The position numbers and the translations under genes are program-made. This document shows positions 27,901 to 35,034 of a DNA stretch of 47,315 nt, piece by piece (position 1 is the stretch's first letter; the number at the start of each line of letters is the position of its first letter). Below the pieces are notes generated by a model. That model made no database searches. It worked only from the letters and a program-made list of their open reading frames with translations, and had not been told where the DNA came from. Location of the stretch: positions 1 to 47,315 of the forward strand of contig JAZTWH010000070.1 in assembly GCA_045635765.1 (NCBI GenBank), given 5' to 3'. This DNA comes from Eubacteriales bacterium (GTDB lineage: Bacteria; Bacillota; Clostridia; Oscillospirales; UBA644).

Positions 27901-29046
27901 TTCTGGCTGGCTTATGCTTGTGGGGAATATTTTAAAATCACGGAAGAAACAGCATTTTTCCGGCGTAAAATTTCCTATTTGAATGGGGCACCCTTGAACA
28001 ATGCAGAGACTGATCGCTATTTTACCCCCGATCGTTCCCATTGTAAGGAATCGGTTTATCACCATGCCTTACGGGCCATCCGTTACGGATTTAAGTTGGG
28101 AGAACGTGGATTTATTCTCATCGGAACCGGGGATTGGAACGATGGAATGAACGGGGTTGAACCGGGAGGAGAGACCGTTTGGGGAACAATGTTTGCATTG
28201 TTGTCCATTGAGCGGTTTTTACCGTTAAGTAAGCTTCTCGGTTCAAAGGAGGAAGTTTTTGAACTGGAAAGCATGACAAAGGGACTCCGAGGAACTCTTT
28301 GCGAAAAAGCCTTTGACAAGGACCGCTATCTTCGTGGCTTCCGGGCAGACGGAACCGCCTTTGGGGGAGGCAACGCTATTGACTTAATTCCACAGGCATT
28401 TTCGGTCTTTTGCGGATTAGATTCAAAAAAATCGGAGATAGCCCTGGATACCGCTTATTCCAGGCTTTGGGAGCCGGAATCAAAATTGATACGGTTGTTA
28501 GACCCTCCCTATCAGTCCCGCGAGGACACATTTCCCGGGTCCATTGCCGACTATCCTCCGGGAATCCGCGAAAACGGAGGACAGTACACCCATGGAGGAA
28601 TTTGGTTTGCCCGTGCGTTGTATCGGTCCGGCGAGAAGGAAAAGGCCTGGGAGATCCTTTCAGGGATCAACCCCGTATCTCATGGAAAAACGAGTGGAGA
28701 AATCAACCGCTATGCCGCGGAGCCTTACGTTTTGGCGGCGGACGTTTACACCTTACCCGGAAGAGAGGGAGCCGGAGGTTGGACCCATTATACAGGTGCT
28801 GCCGGATGGTATCTCAAGACCGTAACCGAAGATCTCTTTGGAATCTGTCGACAGGGGAGACGAGTAACCGTTCGTCCCAATCTTCCAAAGGATTGGAACG
28901 GATGTCGGGGAGACTTTTATATCGAAGGAGACACGTTACGGATTCGCATTGAACGGGGGACCGAAACCGGATGCTTTGAAGATGGGGTGAAAATCACCTC
29001 CATTCCATTAAACGGAACGGTGCATGAGATTCTTGTAATTCTATAA
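21985..29046 (+). CDS. Cyclic beta-1,2-glucan synthase-like multidomain protein (Cgs/NdvB type: GT84 + central glucoamylase-like cyclisation domain + GH94 phosphorylase)
   Basis: TLDADT, F.GKGI, LSHDL.EG, RWIRGD.Q; LPPDNYQ, RTSPTNIG, GHLYNWYDT, STVD.GN, YDLYASEARL, SWSGTMFEY, WGISES; Q.GGAYGFRDQLQD, GDWNDGMN, GIRENGGQYTH, GW..YTGAAGW. Confidence 0.88.
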   Translation: MKDFFGRRPGRDIRKFYRAIFSEKRGDGQLNPANRKEILQNCHVIRSCCFNILNVQREFSECTRSERGIPVILEEVQDFCEILNYTLTEESITGFFRKLAQRINLSYGEIACLIPAVEYCCLRVMAAGDKNSKPPLSVLIRSLYVLNSFDCSSLAETLSRTEDVLKRDDVYPHVDEETKNLYRIKLRQRSKKLKKPERETAVELLKKARTVVNGSGKQIGGHLLSRKNNPFYFPTFIGLILLFFLATFLILQSATLLLLSLFPILISAKLLCDTIFSHIVKPELLPKIKITKDNCPVSLVTVVSMVANRCDAEKLLHRLDVLARRIPIVSIRIGLLLDLPPSDVPLSESDGELLSFLKSEIYSRNSRSDRFFCAVRHRKWVPDRFCFEAFGRKQGAMMEFCDLLEGNDKSFSLAVGNMERAEYLVTLDADTEPTPGAVESMIGFMEHPNHIPEIATDPKGYSYVKQGYGAAAPRVEANPETSFSTPYAAMMSGNSGTEFYKNPHFNLYQDLFSRGIFCGKGIIRISLYRDLIAKRFHADPILSHDLPEGEILRCANLTDVVFFDEIPSSVLSDEKRTHRWIRGDFQNAVFLFPGKTRSHLFRFKILHNLIRALHPLFCFLLVASSLFLGIKGGLASLFWIIFPLLLRIPFLLTSVLGSTRRYHPFREFFDAAMETVLNVLLLPTRAINGADAALRGTVRQIRGVKKLEWTTAANSAKTGQEVGDYFYHLRWQQLGFLFLFFPQTALIGALWIVAPVIARQLSFPYRKDVPNGEELREELQSMWQYYADLMNEKSHWLPPDNYQQEPLNVVAHRTSPTNIGLALLSILGAFDLNFIQEDELYFRIENALSAIEALPKWKGHLYNWYDTQTLKVLPPKFISTVDCGNYAASLEALAKGLSERKTSRAQRIVERISKLLQAADFSVLYDKKKKLFSIGYHVDEDHLSSSYYDLYASEARLTSFYAIMKHQIPPEHWARLARPADNDRGDFILSSWSGTMFEYFMPHLFLPAYRRTLSGEALRGIIHAQIRYGKKGAPWGISESCYYTFDSLLNYQYRAFGIPSAALRRDLTFPQVISPYSTFLVYPWFPSVAEKNKKLLPKGKYGYYEAVDYRSGIDNPRVIQCYMAHHVGMSFLSGVNILADRIMQKRFMTDDGEAFVSLLTERIPAYSKNYFPEQRKDRERWHPSEIRIDRPDPEHPKVRILSNGKLTEVLTDSGSGLLLEKGRDLTKYSADPQAPTGIFILVRSKGELYGTTYAPLYQDRNYRIFFDGTGAAFYGSFSDFETRVTSSMLPDLPVSVRELAVKNNQMTEGTFEFFLFTEPVLCNRRQYNSHPEYKDLFLVSDYDPATRTVSFCRKIGNEECWFSVTASASFRFDVCRDHFRELTHIADGKLEGCCRHPVVPALVFRGVLDVRGRGTEIIRFYFSTGKTKEESIERIRRGTAQNFETIQRRYSQAFDALCYAKNIRSADRLILDQIASKILIPPAKRAVDEKAGNTLPLRTLWKYGISGDDPIFTVRIGKESVSRVLPFIKSLFLLIQAGISTDLVLLYREEEGYQTPIKTALNEILADLEDSVQARIHPLNILTVDEYLFIQKCSRLFVNLERGWKLRNPNRTFRPILAGGTPIPLEKLRLSLGRGGYGKNHSYLIPKSDREPLRPWSLVLANRNFGTVLSERSLGYTFAENASENRITPRTPGIGYQISGERYYAVFRGKRYDLLKNASVEFRRNKAIYRIDLFGCRISTEVFVPIKFSAKIISVTAESETGTFPEIVYEPQIILGKEDKGTVTRYTDDERTYFTNACNDYYGSGCAVLFGVNVETEGNCLKFHPSNETPNGTFVLAYGSGPWSARQISDTLSEPNRIDKETKAVDKNSKYPFQIETPDKEFNSFCNGFLYQQILSSRILGRTGPSQPGGAYGFRDQLQDSLCIATFDSSYLKRQILRCCAHQFEEGDVFHWWHPRRNHMDDGIRTRFSDDPFWLAYACGEYFKITEETAFFRRKISYLNGAPLNNAETDRYFTPDRSHCKESVYHHALRAIRYGFKLGERGFILIGTGDWNDGMNGVEPGGETVWGTMFALLSIERFLPLSKLLGSKEEVFELESMTKGLRGTLCEKAFDKDRYLRGFRADGTAFGGGNAIDLIPQAFSVFCGLDSKKSEIALDTAYSRLWEPESKLIRLLDPPYQSREDTFPGSIADYPPGIRENGGQYTHGGIWFARALYRSGEKEKAWEILSGINPVSHGKTSGEINRYAAEPYVLAADVYTLPGREGAGGWTHYTGAAGWYLKTVTEDLFGICRQGRRVTVRPNLPKDWNGCRGDFYIEGDTLRIRIERGTETGCFEDGVKITSIPLNGTVHEILVIL

Positions 29047-29060
29047 AAACCAAATTCTTC

Positions 29061-29089
29061 TTGACAAACCGTCAGAATCATGATATAAT
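29061..29089 (+). promoter_or_regulatory. Sigma-A promoter of lgt-folD
   Basis: TTGACA-17-TATAAT with extended TG. Confidence 0.8.
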
Positions 29090-29129
29090 ACCTTATGGAA
29101 TAATAGATCTGTATTCTGTGAGGTTCGTT

Positions 29130-30110
29130 ATGGAAAATATGATAGGTTTTGAAGGAATCGGAATTGCACCGTTCCTGATGGACCGCGTTGCTTTTTCTAT
29201 TGGTAATTTTGACGTTTACTGGTATGCAATCATTATCACCGTGGGCATGGTTCTGGCCGTTGCCTTTTGTGCATGGAATGCCCGGAAGTTTGATCTGACT
29301 GTGGACAATGTCTTTGACGTTCTCTTATGGGGACTGCCCGTTGCCGTTTTCTGTGCCAGGACTTATTACGTTCTCTTTGAATTGGATCGCTATAATTCCT
29401 TTGCGGAAATGATTAACATTCGTGACGGTGGCCTTGCTATTTACGGTGGGGTTATCGGTGCGTTTGTTACCGGGTTTATTTATTGCAAGATCAGCAAAGT
29501 AAATATGCTCGCCATGTTTGATCTTGCGTCCTTTGGATTCTTGATTGGACAAGCCATCGGACGCTGGGGGAATTTTGTTAATGGGGAAGCCTTTGGGGAA
29601 GTGACGGATCTCCCCTGGGGAATGACCATTAACGGTTTGGGGCCTTATCATCCGACGTTTTTGTATGAATCTCTCTGGAATATTCTCGGCTTTGTGCTCT
29701 TATTCCTGTTCGCCAGGAAATGGATGAAGCATCACGGGGAAGTATTCTTTCTATATTTTGCATGGTACGGATTGGGAAGATTTTTTATCGAAGGTTTGCG
29801 GACGGACAGTCTTTATCTTGGTCCGGTTCGTATTTCCCAAGCCCTTGCGGCCGTATTCTTTTTGGGCGGAACGTTGTTCTTTGTTTTGTCCCGAAAAGGT
29901 ATTGTAGGAAAACTTCAAGATAAAATTATTGACCGTGCTGTAAAAAAGCAAGAAAAATACAAACCCGTGTACGCTCCGTTGTTTGACCCTCCCAAGGAAG
30001 GTTTAACCGAGGGGGCTGCGGTGGAACAATTGCAAGGAGCATCAAGCGAGAAATCAGAAAAGGGAGAAGAAATTTCCCGGGAAATTATGGAGGAATCTGA
30101 TAATGGCTGA
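29130..30110 (+). CDS. lgt: Prolipoprotein diacylglyceryl transferase
   Basis: WY, AR.YYV, GGLAIYGG, QAIGRWGNF.N.EA.G, HPTFLYES, RF.IE.LR.D. Confidence 0.96.
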   Translation: MENMIGFEGIGIAPFLMDRVAFSIGNFDVYWYAIIITVGMVLAVAFCAWNARKFDLTVDNVFDVLLWGLPVAVFCARTYYVLFELDRYNSFAEMINIRDGGLAIYGGVIGAFVTGFIYCKISKVNMLAMFDLASFGFLIGQAIGRWGNFVNGEAFGEVTDLPWGMTINGLGPYHPTFLYESLWNILGFVLLFLFARKWMKHHGEVFFLYFAWYGLGRFFIEGLRTDSLYLGPVRISQALAAVFFLGGTLFFVLSRKGIVGKLQDKIIDRAVKKQEKYKPVYAPLFDPPKEGLTEGAAVEQLQGASSEKSEKGEEISREIMEESDNG

Positions 30111-30963
30111 AATTCTTAGCGGATCTGCACTGGCAGCAACGATCCGAGGGCAACTCAAACAAGAAACGGAAGAACTGAAACAACAGGGCCTGGTCCCCGG
30201 ACTTGCCGTGGTTCTCGTCGGCGACGACCCTGCATCAAAGGTGTACGTTCGCAACAAAACGAAGGCTTGTGAAGAAATTGGATTCTATCATGAGCAGTAT
30301 AACCTTCCTGCTACCGTTTCCGAAGCTGAAATTCTCCAGTTGGTAGAAACACTCAATGAGTCCGACCGTATTCACGGAATTCTGATTCAAGCACCCTTGC
30401 CCAAGGGTCTTGACTTCAAAAACATTATTAATCACATCTCTCCCGATAAGGACGTCGATGCATTCCATCCCTACAACGTGGGACAGATTATGATTGGCGA
30501 CTTCGAATTTTTGCCCTGCACCCCTGCGGGTGTCATGGAATTAATTCATACGTCCGGCGTTTCGGTGGCTGGTAAAAATTGTGTCGTAGTCGGCCGTAGT
30601 AACATCGTTGGGAAACCTCAGGCAATGTTGCTTCTGAAGGAAGACGGAACCGTCACTGTGTGCCATTCGAGAACGCCGAATTTGGCAGAGGTCACCCGAA
30701 ATGCTGATATTTTGGTTTCTGCGGTGGGGAAGGCCGGCCTGATTACGGGAGATATGATTAAACCCGGTGCCGTAGTCATTGACGTGGGCATGAACCGTAA
30801 TGAAGAAGGGAAACTGGTCGGAGACGTCGATTTCGAATCGGCAGAGCCCGTTGCCGGTTACATTACGCCTGTTCCGGGCGGCGTGGGCCCCATGACCATC
30901 ACTATGTTGATGAAAAATACGCTCCGTGCAGCGAAAAAATGGGCGAAGAAGAAAAACTTGTGA
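30103..30963 (+). CDS. folD: Bifunctional methylenetetrahydrofolate dehydrogenase/cyclohydrolase
   Basis: Y...K, KDVD.FH, PCTP.G, GRSNIVGKP, TPVPGGVGPMT. Confidence 0.97.
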   Translation: MAEILSGSALAATIRGQLKQETEELKQQGLVPGLAVVLVGDDPASKVYVRNKTKACEEIGFYHEQYNLPATVSEAEILQLVETLNESDRIHGILIQAPLPKGLDFKNIINHISPDKDVDAFHPYNVGQIMIGDFEFLPCTPAGVMELIHTSGVSVAGKNCVVVGRSNIVGKPQAMLLLKEDGTVTVCHSRTPNLAEVTRNADILVSAVGKAGLITGDMIKPGAVVIDVGMNRNEEGKLVGDVDFESAEPVAGYITPVPGGVGPMTITMLMKNTLRAAKKWAKKKNL

Positions 30964-31032
30964 CGGAATTGCAACAAATCAATCAATGCTCTTGACAAGC
31001 ATAAGATTTTTTGCTATAATAGGCAAGTAATC

Positions 31033-31108
31033 GCTGATGTAGCTCAGTCGGTAGAGTGCGTCCTTGGTAAGGACGAGGTCGTCGGTTCGATCCCGATCAT
31101 CAGCTCCA
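31033..31108 (+). tRNA. tRNA-Thr(GGT)
   Basis: 76-nt cloverleaf, anticodon loop TTGGTAA, CCA end; TTGACA-17-TATAAT promoter at 30992-31020. Confidence 0.97.
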
Positions 31109-31137
31109 AAAAACCCTTGATTTTCAAGGGTTTTTTT
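31109..31137 (+). terminator. Terminator after tRNA-Thr
   Basis: AAAAACCCTTGA/TCAAGGGTTTTTTT. Confidence 0.75.
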
Positions 31138-31164
31138 GTTACCTAAAGAAAGAAGGAACCATTT

Positions 31165-32316
31165 ATGAATCAACAGCAGAAGGGAAAAATTCAATTATTT
31201 TTTGGCGGTTTCGTTGAACGCTATCGTTCCGGCCCCGACTATTTTGTAGAAATTTCATTCAATCTTGTATCGGGACGAAAAACCTATTCCGGGAAGATTC
31301 TTTCCCTGGAGGATGGGTTCGAGTACCGTTTTTCTGGGAAGCACAATACAAAAGATCTTTCCGAGGCCTTAAACCTACTGCTAGAAGATTCACTCAAGTA
31401 CGATTCTGCCGTAGTTTCTTACAAGGAACGAGGACTTACGACCGAATTGCTCGCTGATGGTAAAAACGTGAAGATCGTCAAGAGGGAAGAGGTGAACGAA
31501 ACTTTTTCCGTGCCCTCTTCCGGGAAAAAGGAATATCAAATTGATTTACGTAAGGCATCGAAATTAATGACCGCCCTCGGGTACTGTGATAAAGATGGAA
31601 AACTTCGCAACGATATGATACGAAAATATAATCAGACAAATCATATTTTGACGCTGATTTCCGATCTTTTTGAAGGGAAAAATAATATTACCATTGTTGA
31701 CTGTGCCTGCGGAAAATCTTATCTTTCTTTTGTTCTCAACTATTATTTGTGGGAAGAAAAGCGTATTCGGGCCCATTTTGTAGGAATTGACATATCTCCT
31801 AACGTGATTGAGGCAAGCAAAAAAATTGCAAAGGATCTTGGCTATACCAACATGGAATTTATCTGTGAAGATCTTCGAACCTACGAGAGTGACTTTCACC
31901 CGGATGCTGTTATTTCGCTTCATGCCTGTGATACTGCCACGGACATGGCACTGGGGTATGCATTACGTCACCGTGCGGAAAGCATTATTTGTGTCCCTTG
32001 CTGTCACAAAGAGCTCTTGAAGCAGTATAAAATTGATGATTTCGAGCCGATTATCTCCCATGGCGTTTTTCGGACAAGATTAAACGACTTGATTACTGAC
32101 GGGTTAAGGGCATTAAAATTAGAGTCAGCAGGATATGATGTTCGTTGCGTAGAATTCTGTTCCCCCATTGACACTCCAAAAAACCTCTTAATTTCAGCGA
32201 AAAAGGTTTCTAACGAAAATCAGAATGCATCAGAGAAATATTACGACCTGCTGACCCGTTGGAATGTGAAACCTTCCATTGAATATTATGCAACAATTCC
32301 TACAGAATTGGATTAA
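31165..32316 (+). CDS. Class I SAM-dependent methyltransferase (Methyltransf_32-like)
   Basis: DCACGKSYL, GID, LHACDTATD.AL, VPCC, TD..RA..LE..GY, TPKN. Confidence 0.85.
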   Translation: MNQQQKGKIQLFFGGFVERYRSGPDYFVEISFNLVSGRKTYSGKILSLEDGFEYRFSGKHNTKDLSEALNLLLEDSLKYDSAVVSYKERGLTTELLADGKNVKIVKREEVNETFSVPSSGKKEYQIDLRKASKLMTALGYCDKDGKLRNDMIRKYNQTNHILTLISDLFEGKNNITIVDCACGKSYLSFVLNYYLWEEKRIRAHFVGIDISPNVIEASKKIAKDLGYTNMEFICEDLRTYESDFHPDAVISLHACDTATDMALGYALRHRAESIICVPCCHKELLKQYKIDDFEPIISHGVFRTRLNDLITDGLRALKLESAGYDVRCVEFCSPIDTPKNLLISAKKVSNENQNASEKYYDLLTRWNVKPSIEYYATIPTELD

Positions 32317-32503
32317 TCGAACAAATATTGACAAAAGATTGTCTTAAAATTTTATTATTTGTAAATTTTAAGTCTTTCGATGGTTTTTCTTTTCCTAGAG
32401 GTTACATTCAAGACACAGATAAATCAAAAGAATATTGTATAATATCTTCATGTAAAATAATAAAATCGTTTATTATGTCAATACTCGGAAAGGATGACTC
32501 TGT

Positions 32504-33781
32504 TTGATGACCGTCCAAGACTTTATCAGCAGTTTTAACTCTTTGATTTTTATCGTCTTTATGTTGCTTTATGCATATCAGATGTTCTATATTCTCGTCG
32601 CCTTTTTTAGGAAACGCAAGAATCGTGATACGAAAACGGTCAAACAACATAAATACGGTTTTTTAATTGCCGCAAGAAATGAATCCAGCGTAATCGCACA
32701 GCTGATCGATAGTATTCTTCAGCAAGATTATCCTTCTGAACTGATTCGGATTTTTGTTATTGCGGACAATTGCACCGATAATACTGCTCAGGTAGCAAGA
32801 GATGCCGGTGCCGTTGTTTTTGAACGCTTTAACAAGGAGCAGGTAGGGAAGGGGTACGCCTTAGATTTTGGCCTGAAATCCATTGAACGGGACTATTCTG
32901 ACGAAAATATTGAGGGAATTTTTATTTTTGATGCAGATAACCTCCTTTCCAAAAATTACATTGCTAAAATGAATTCTGTCTTTGACGAAGGTTATCCTGT
33001 CGTCACCAGTTACCGCAACAGTAAAAATTACGGTACAAACTGGATTACCGCAGGGTACAGCCTTTGGTTTTTACGGGAAAGCAAATACCTTAATAATTCC
33101 CGGATGTTGATGGATACAAACTGTGCAGTTTCCGGCACCGGATTTTTAGTAAATACCAAAGTATTTGAAGAGAACGGCGGCTGGCACTATACGTTGTTAA
33201 CGGAAGATATTGAATTCTCTGTTGATTGTGCCGTTGTCGGACGTAAGATCGGTTATGCGGAAGCTGAATTTTACGACGAACAACCCACAACCTTTAAGCA
33301 ATCCTGGACTCAGCGGATGCGTTGGGCAAAAGGTTTTTATCAGGTATTTGGCAAATATGGAGCGAAGTTATTCAATAACTGGCTCATGAAATTCAGTTTT
33401 TCCTGCTATGATTTGACCATGACCATTTTCCCCGCGTTGTTCATTACCTTAGCGTGCTGCCTTACCAATTTTTGTATTTTGATTTATGCTCTGTTCCAAG
33501 GACCTGAGGCAATTGAATTGGTCGGCATTACACTTTCTTCCTTGGGGACTACGATTGTCAATTTTTATCTCACAGTTTTCATTGTCGGACTTTTAACAAC
33601 CATTACAGAATGGAAAAAAATAGACTGTCCTGCAGGGAAAAAGATTTTGTACTTGTTTACGTTTCCGTTGTTTATGTTCACATATGTACCAATTGCAATT
33701 GCCGCACTCTTTAAAAAGGTTAAATGGGATCCCATTGCACATAACGTCACAAAAAAAATTGAAGATATTACCAGCAAATAA
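32504..33781 (+). CDS. Membrane GT2 family glycosyltransferase (IcaA/cellulose-synthase-like)
   Basis: AARNE, ADNCTD, GKGYAL, FDAD, TED, QRMRW; N- and C-terminal TM helices. Confidence 0.92.
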   Translation: MMTVQDFISSFNSLIFIVFMLLYAYQMFYILVAFFRKRKNRDTKTVKQHKYGFLIAARNESSVIAQLIDSILQQDYPSELIRIFVIADNCTDNTAQVARDAGAVVFERFNKEQVGKGYALDFGLKSIERDYSDENIEGIFIFDADNLLSKNYIAKMNSVFDEGYPVVTSYRNSKNYGTNWITAGYSLWFLRESKYLNNSRMLMDTNCAVSGTGFLVNTKVFEENGGWHYTLLTEDIEFSVDCAVVGRKIGYAEAEFYDEQPTTFKQSWTQRMRWAKGFYQVFGKYGAKLFNNWLMKFSFSCYDLTMTIFPALFITLACCLTNFCILIYALFQGPEAIELVGITLSSLGTTIVNFYLTVFIVGLLTTITEWKKIDCPAGKKILYLFTFPLFMFTYVPIAIAALFKKVKWDPIAHNVTKKIEDITSK

Positions 33782-33787
33782 ATTATC

Positions 33788-33824
33788 GGTCGGCAGAATG
33801 AATGTTCTGCCGACCTGCTTTTTT
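33788..33824 (+). terminator. Terminator after GT2
   Basis: GGTCGGCAGAAT/GTTCTGCCGACC followed by a T-tract. Confidence 0.75.
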
Positions 33825-33869
33825 GCAAGAGAAGAGGCTGCTCTAAATTTAATTATTTTTATAATAATA

Positions 33870-33897
33870 ATTGCACAAAATGAATATTTTGTGCAAT
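33870..33897. other. Putative dif-like tyrosine-recombinase site (11-6-11)
   Basis: ATTGCACAAAA-TGAATA-TTTTGTGCAAT, perfectly symmetric arms, 20/28 identical to E. coli dif by manual alignment, adjacent to a xer gene. Confidence 0.65.
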
Positions 33898-33942
33898 TTA
33901 GGGGAGAAAAAATTCAGTAATCAACTTAACTGAGCGTTTTCC

Positions 33943-33971
33943 TTGACATTTGGGTTCAAATATGATACAAT
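33943..33971 (+). promoter_or_regulatory. Sigma-A promoter of xer
   Basis: TTGACA-17-TACAAT with extended TG. Confidence 0.8.
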
Positions 33972-33999
33972 AGAGTCAGATCGATTGAAGTGTGGTGAC

Positions 34000-34995
34000 A
34001 TGATGGTAAAAGCGGAATATATGAAACGTGCGGACATGACAGATATTCCGGAATACTGCGTTCAATATTTGGTTTACTTGCAGGTTGTTCGGTCTCTTTC
34101 TCCTTTAACGGTGCAAGAATATTATCTTGATCTCCGGGCATTTTTTCGTTTTTTAAAGGTGGGAGATTCTCTGGAGGAAGAGGCTTTTAACAAAGTTGAT
34201 GCATCGGATATTTCGATTGAAAGCCTAAAAAAAGTGACTCTGGCTAATCTGCATGAATACCTTGCTTTTCGGCAGAGCCAATTGAACAATTCCCCGAAAT
34301 CCAGAATGAGGAAAATTTCCAGTTTGCGAGGATTATATCGGTATCTGATGACACAAAAACTAATTTCAGAAAATCCGTCACTAGAGTTACGTTCCCCTAA
34401 AACCGAAAAAAAATTGCCTCATTATTTAACTTTTAAGCAAAGCTTTGAATTATTATCGGCGATTGACGGCAGATTTAAAGGTCGGAACCTTGCCATCATT
34501 ACCCTATTTTTAAATTGCGGAATTCGTTTATCGGAACTTGTTGGATTGAATTATAACAACATAAACGATAGAAATCTCCGCGTACGAGGAAAAGGGAGTA
34601 AAGAACGCATTCTTTATCTCAATGATGCCTGTATTGAGACATTACGAGTCTATGAGGAAGAGAAAAAAGGGTATAAATTTAAAATAACTGAGCCGGAGGC
34701 ATTGTTTGTCAGTCAACGGGGAAATCGGATTTCTCAACGAATGGTCCAAACAATGGTGAAGGATTTTATGCGAAGATGTGGGATTGACACTGATGTTTAT
34801 TCCGTGCACAAATTACGCCATACGGCAGCGACACTAATGTATCAAAGTGGCGTTGACGTGCGGATTCTTCAAGAGATTTTGGGACATTCAAACCTTGGAA
34901 CAACGCAGATCTATACCCATATAACGAATTCCCAGGTAGAAGAATCGATGAAATCCATTTCCATCTCGAATCAAAAAAATTTATCCGAAAAATAA
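34000..34995 (+). CDS. xerC: XerC-like tyrosine recombinase
   Basis: N-terminal SAM-like domain (S..T...Y..DL..F); full catalytic set G.R.SEL, GKG.KER, HKLRH, LGH, TQIY. Confidence 0.88.
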   Translation: MMVKAEYMKRADMTDIPEYCVQYLVYLQVVRSLSPLTVQEYYLDLRAFFRFLKVGDSLEEEAFNKVDASDISIESLKKVTLANLHEYLAFRQSQLNNSPKSRMRKISSLRGLYRYLMTQKLISENPSLELRSPKTEKKLPHYLTFKQSFELLSAIDGRFKGRNLAIITLFLNCGIRLSELVGLNYNNINDRNLRVRGKGSKERILYLNDACIETLRVYEEEKKGYKFKITEPEALFVSQRGNRISQRMVQTMVKDFMRRCGIDTDVYSVHKLRHTAATLMYQSGVDVRILQEILGHSNLGTTQIYTHITNSQVEESMKSISISNQKNLSEK

Positions 34996-34999
34996 GAAT

Positions 35000-35034
35000 A
35001 GCACAACTGACATGTATCCCATATCGGTTGTGCT
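35000..35034. terminator. Hairpin between convergent xer and rluD
   Basis: AGCACAACTGA/TCGGTTGTGCT. Confidence 0.6.

Noticed and set aside
32326-32483. Inverted repeats (TATTGACA and ATTTTATTATTT) flanking the GT2 upstream region, suggesting an invertible promoter driven by the nearby recombinase
   Set aside because: The repeats are short, very AT-rich and unequally spaced, and the recombinase looks like a housekeeping Xer. Read-orientation data would be needed to revive the idea.
34000-34995. Recombinase as the integrase of a prophage or ICE
   Set aside because: No phage, conjugation or excisionase genes nearby, and I saw no duplicated tRNA 3' end.
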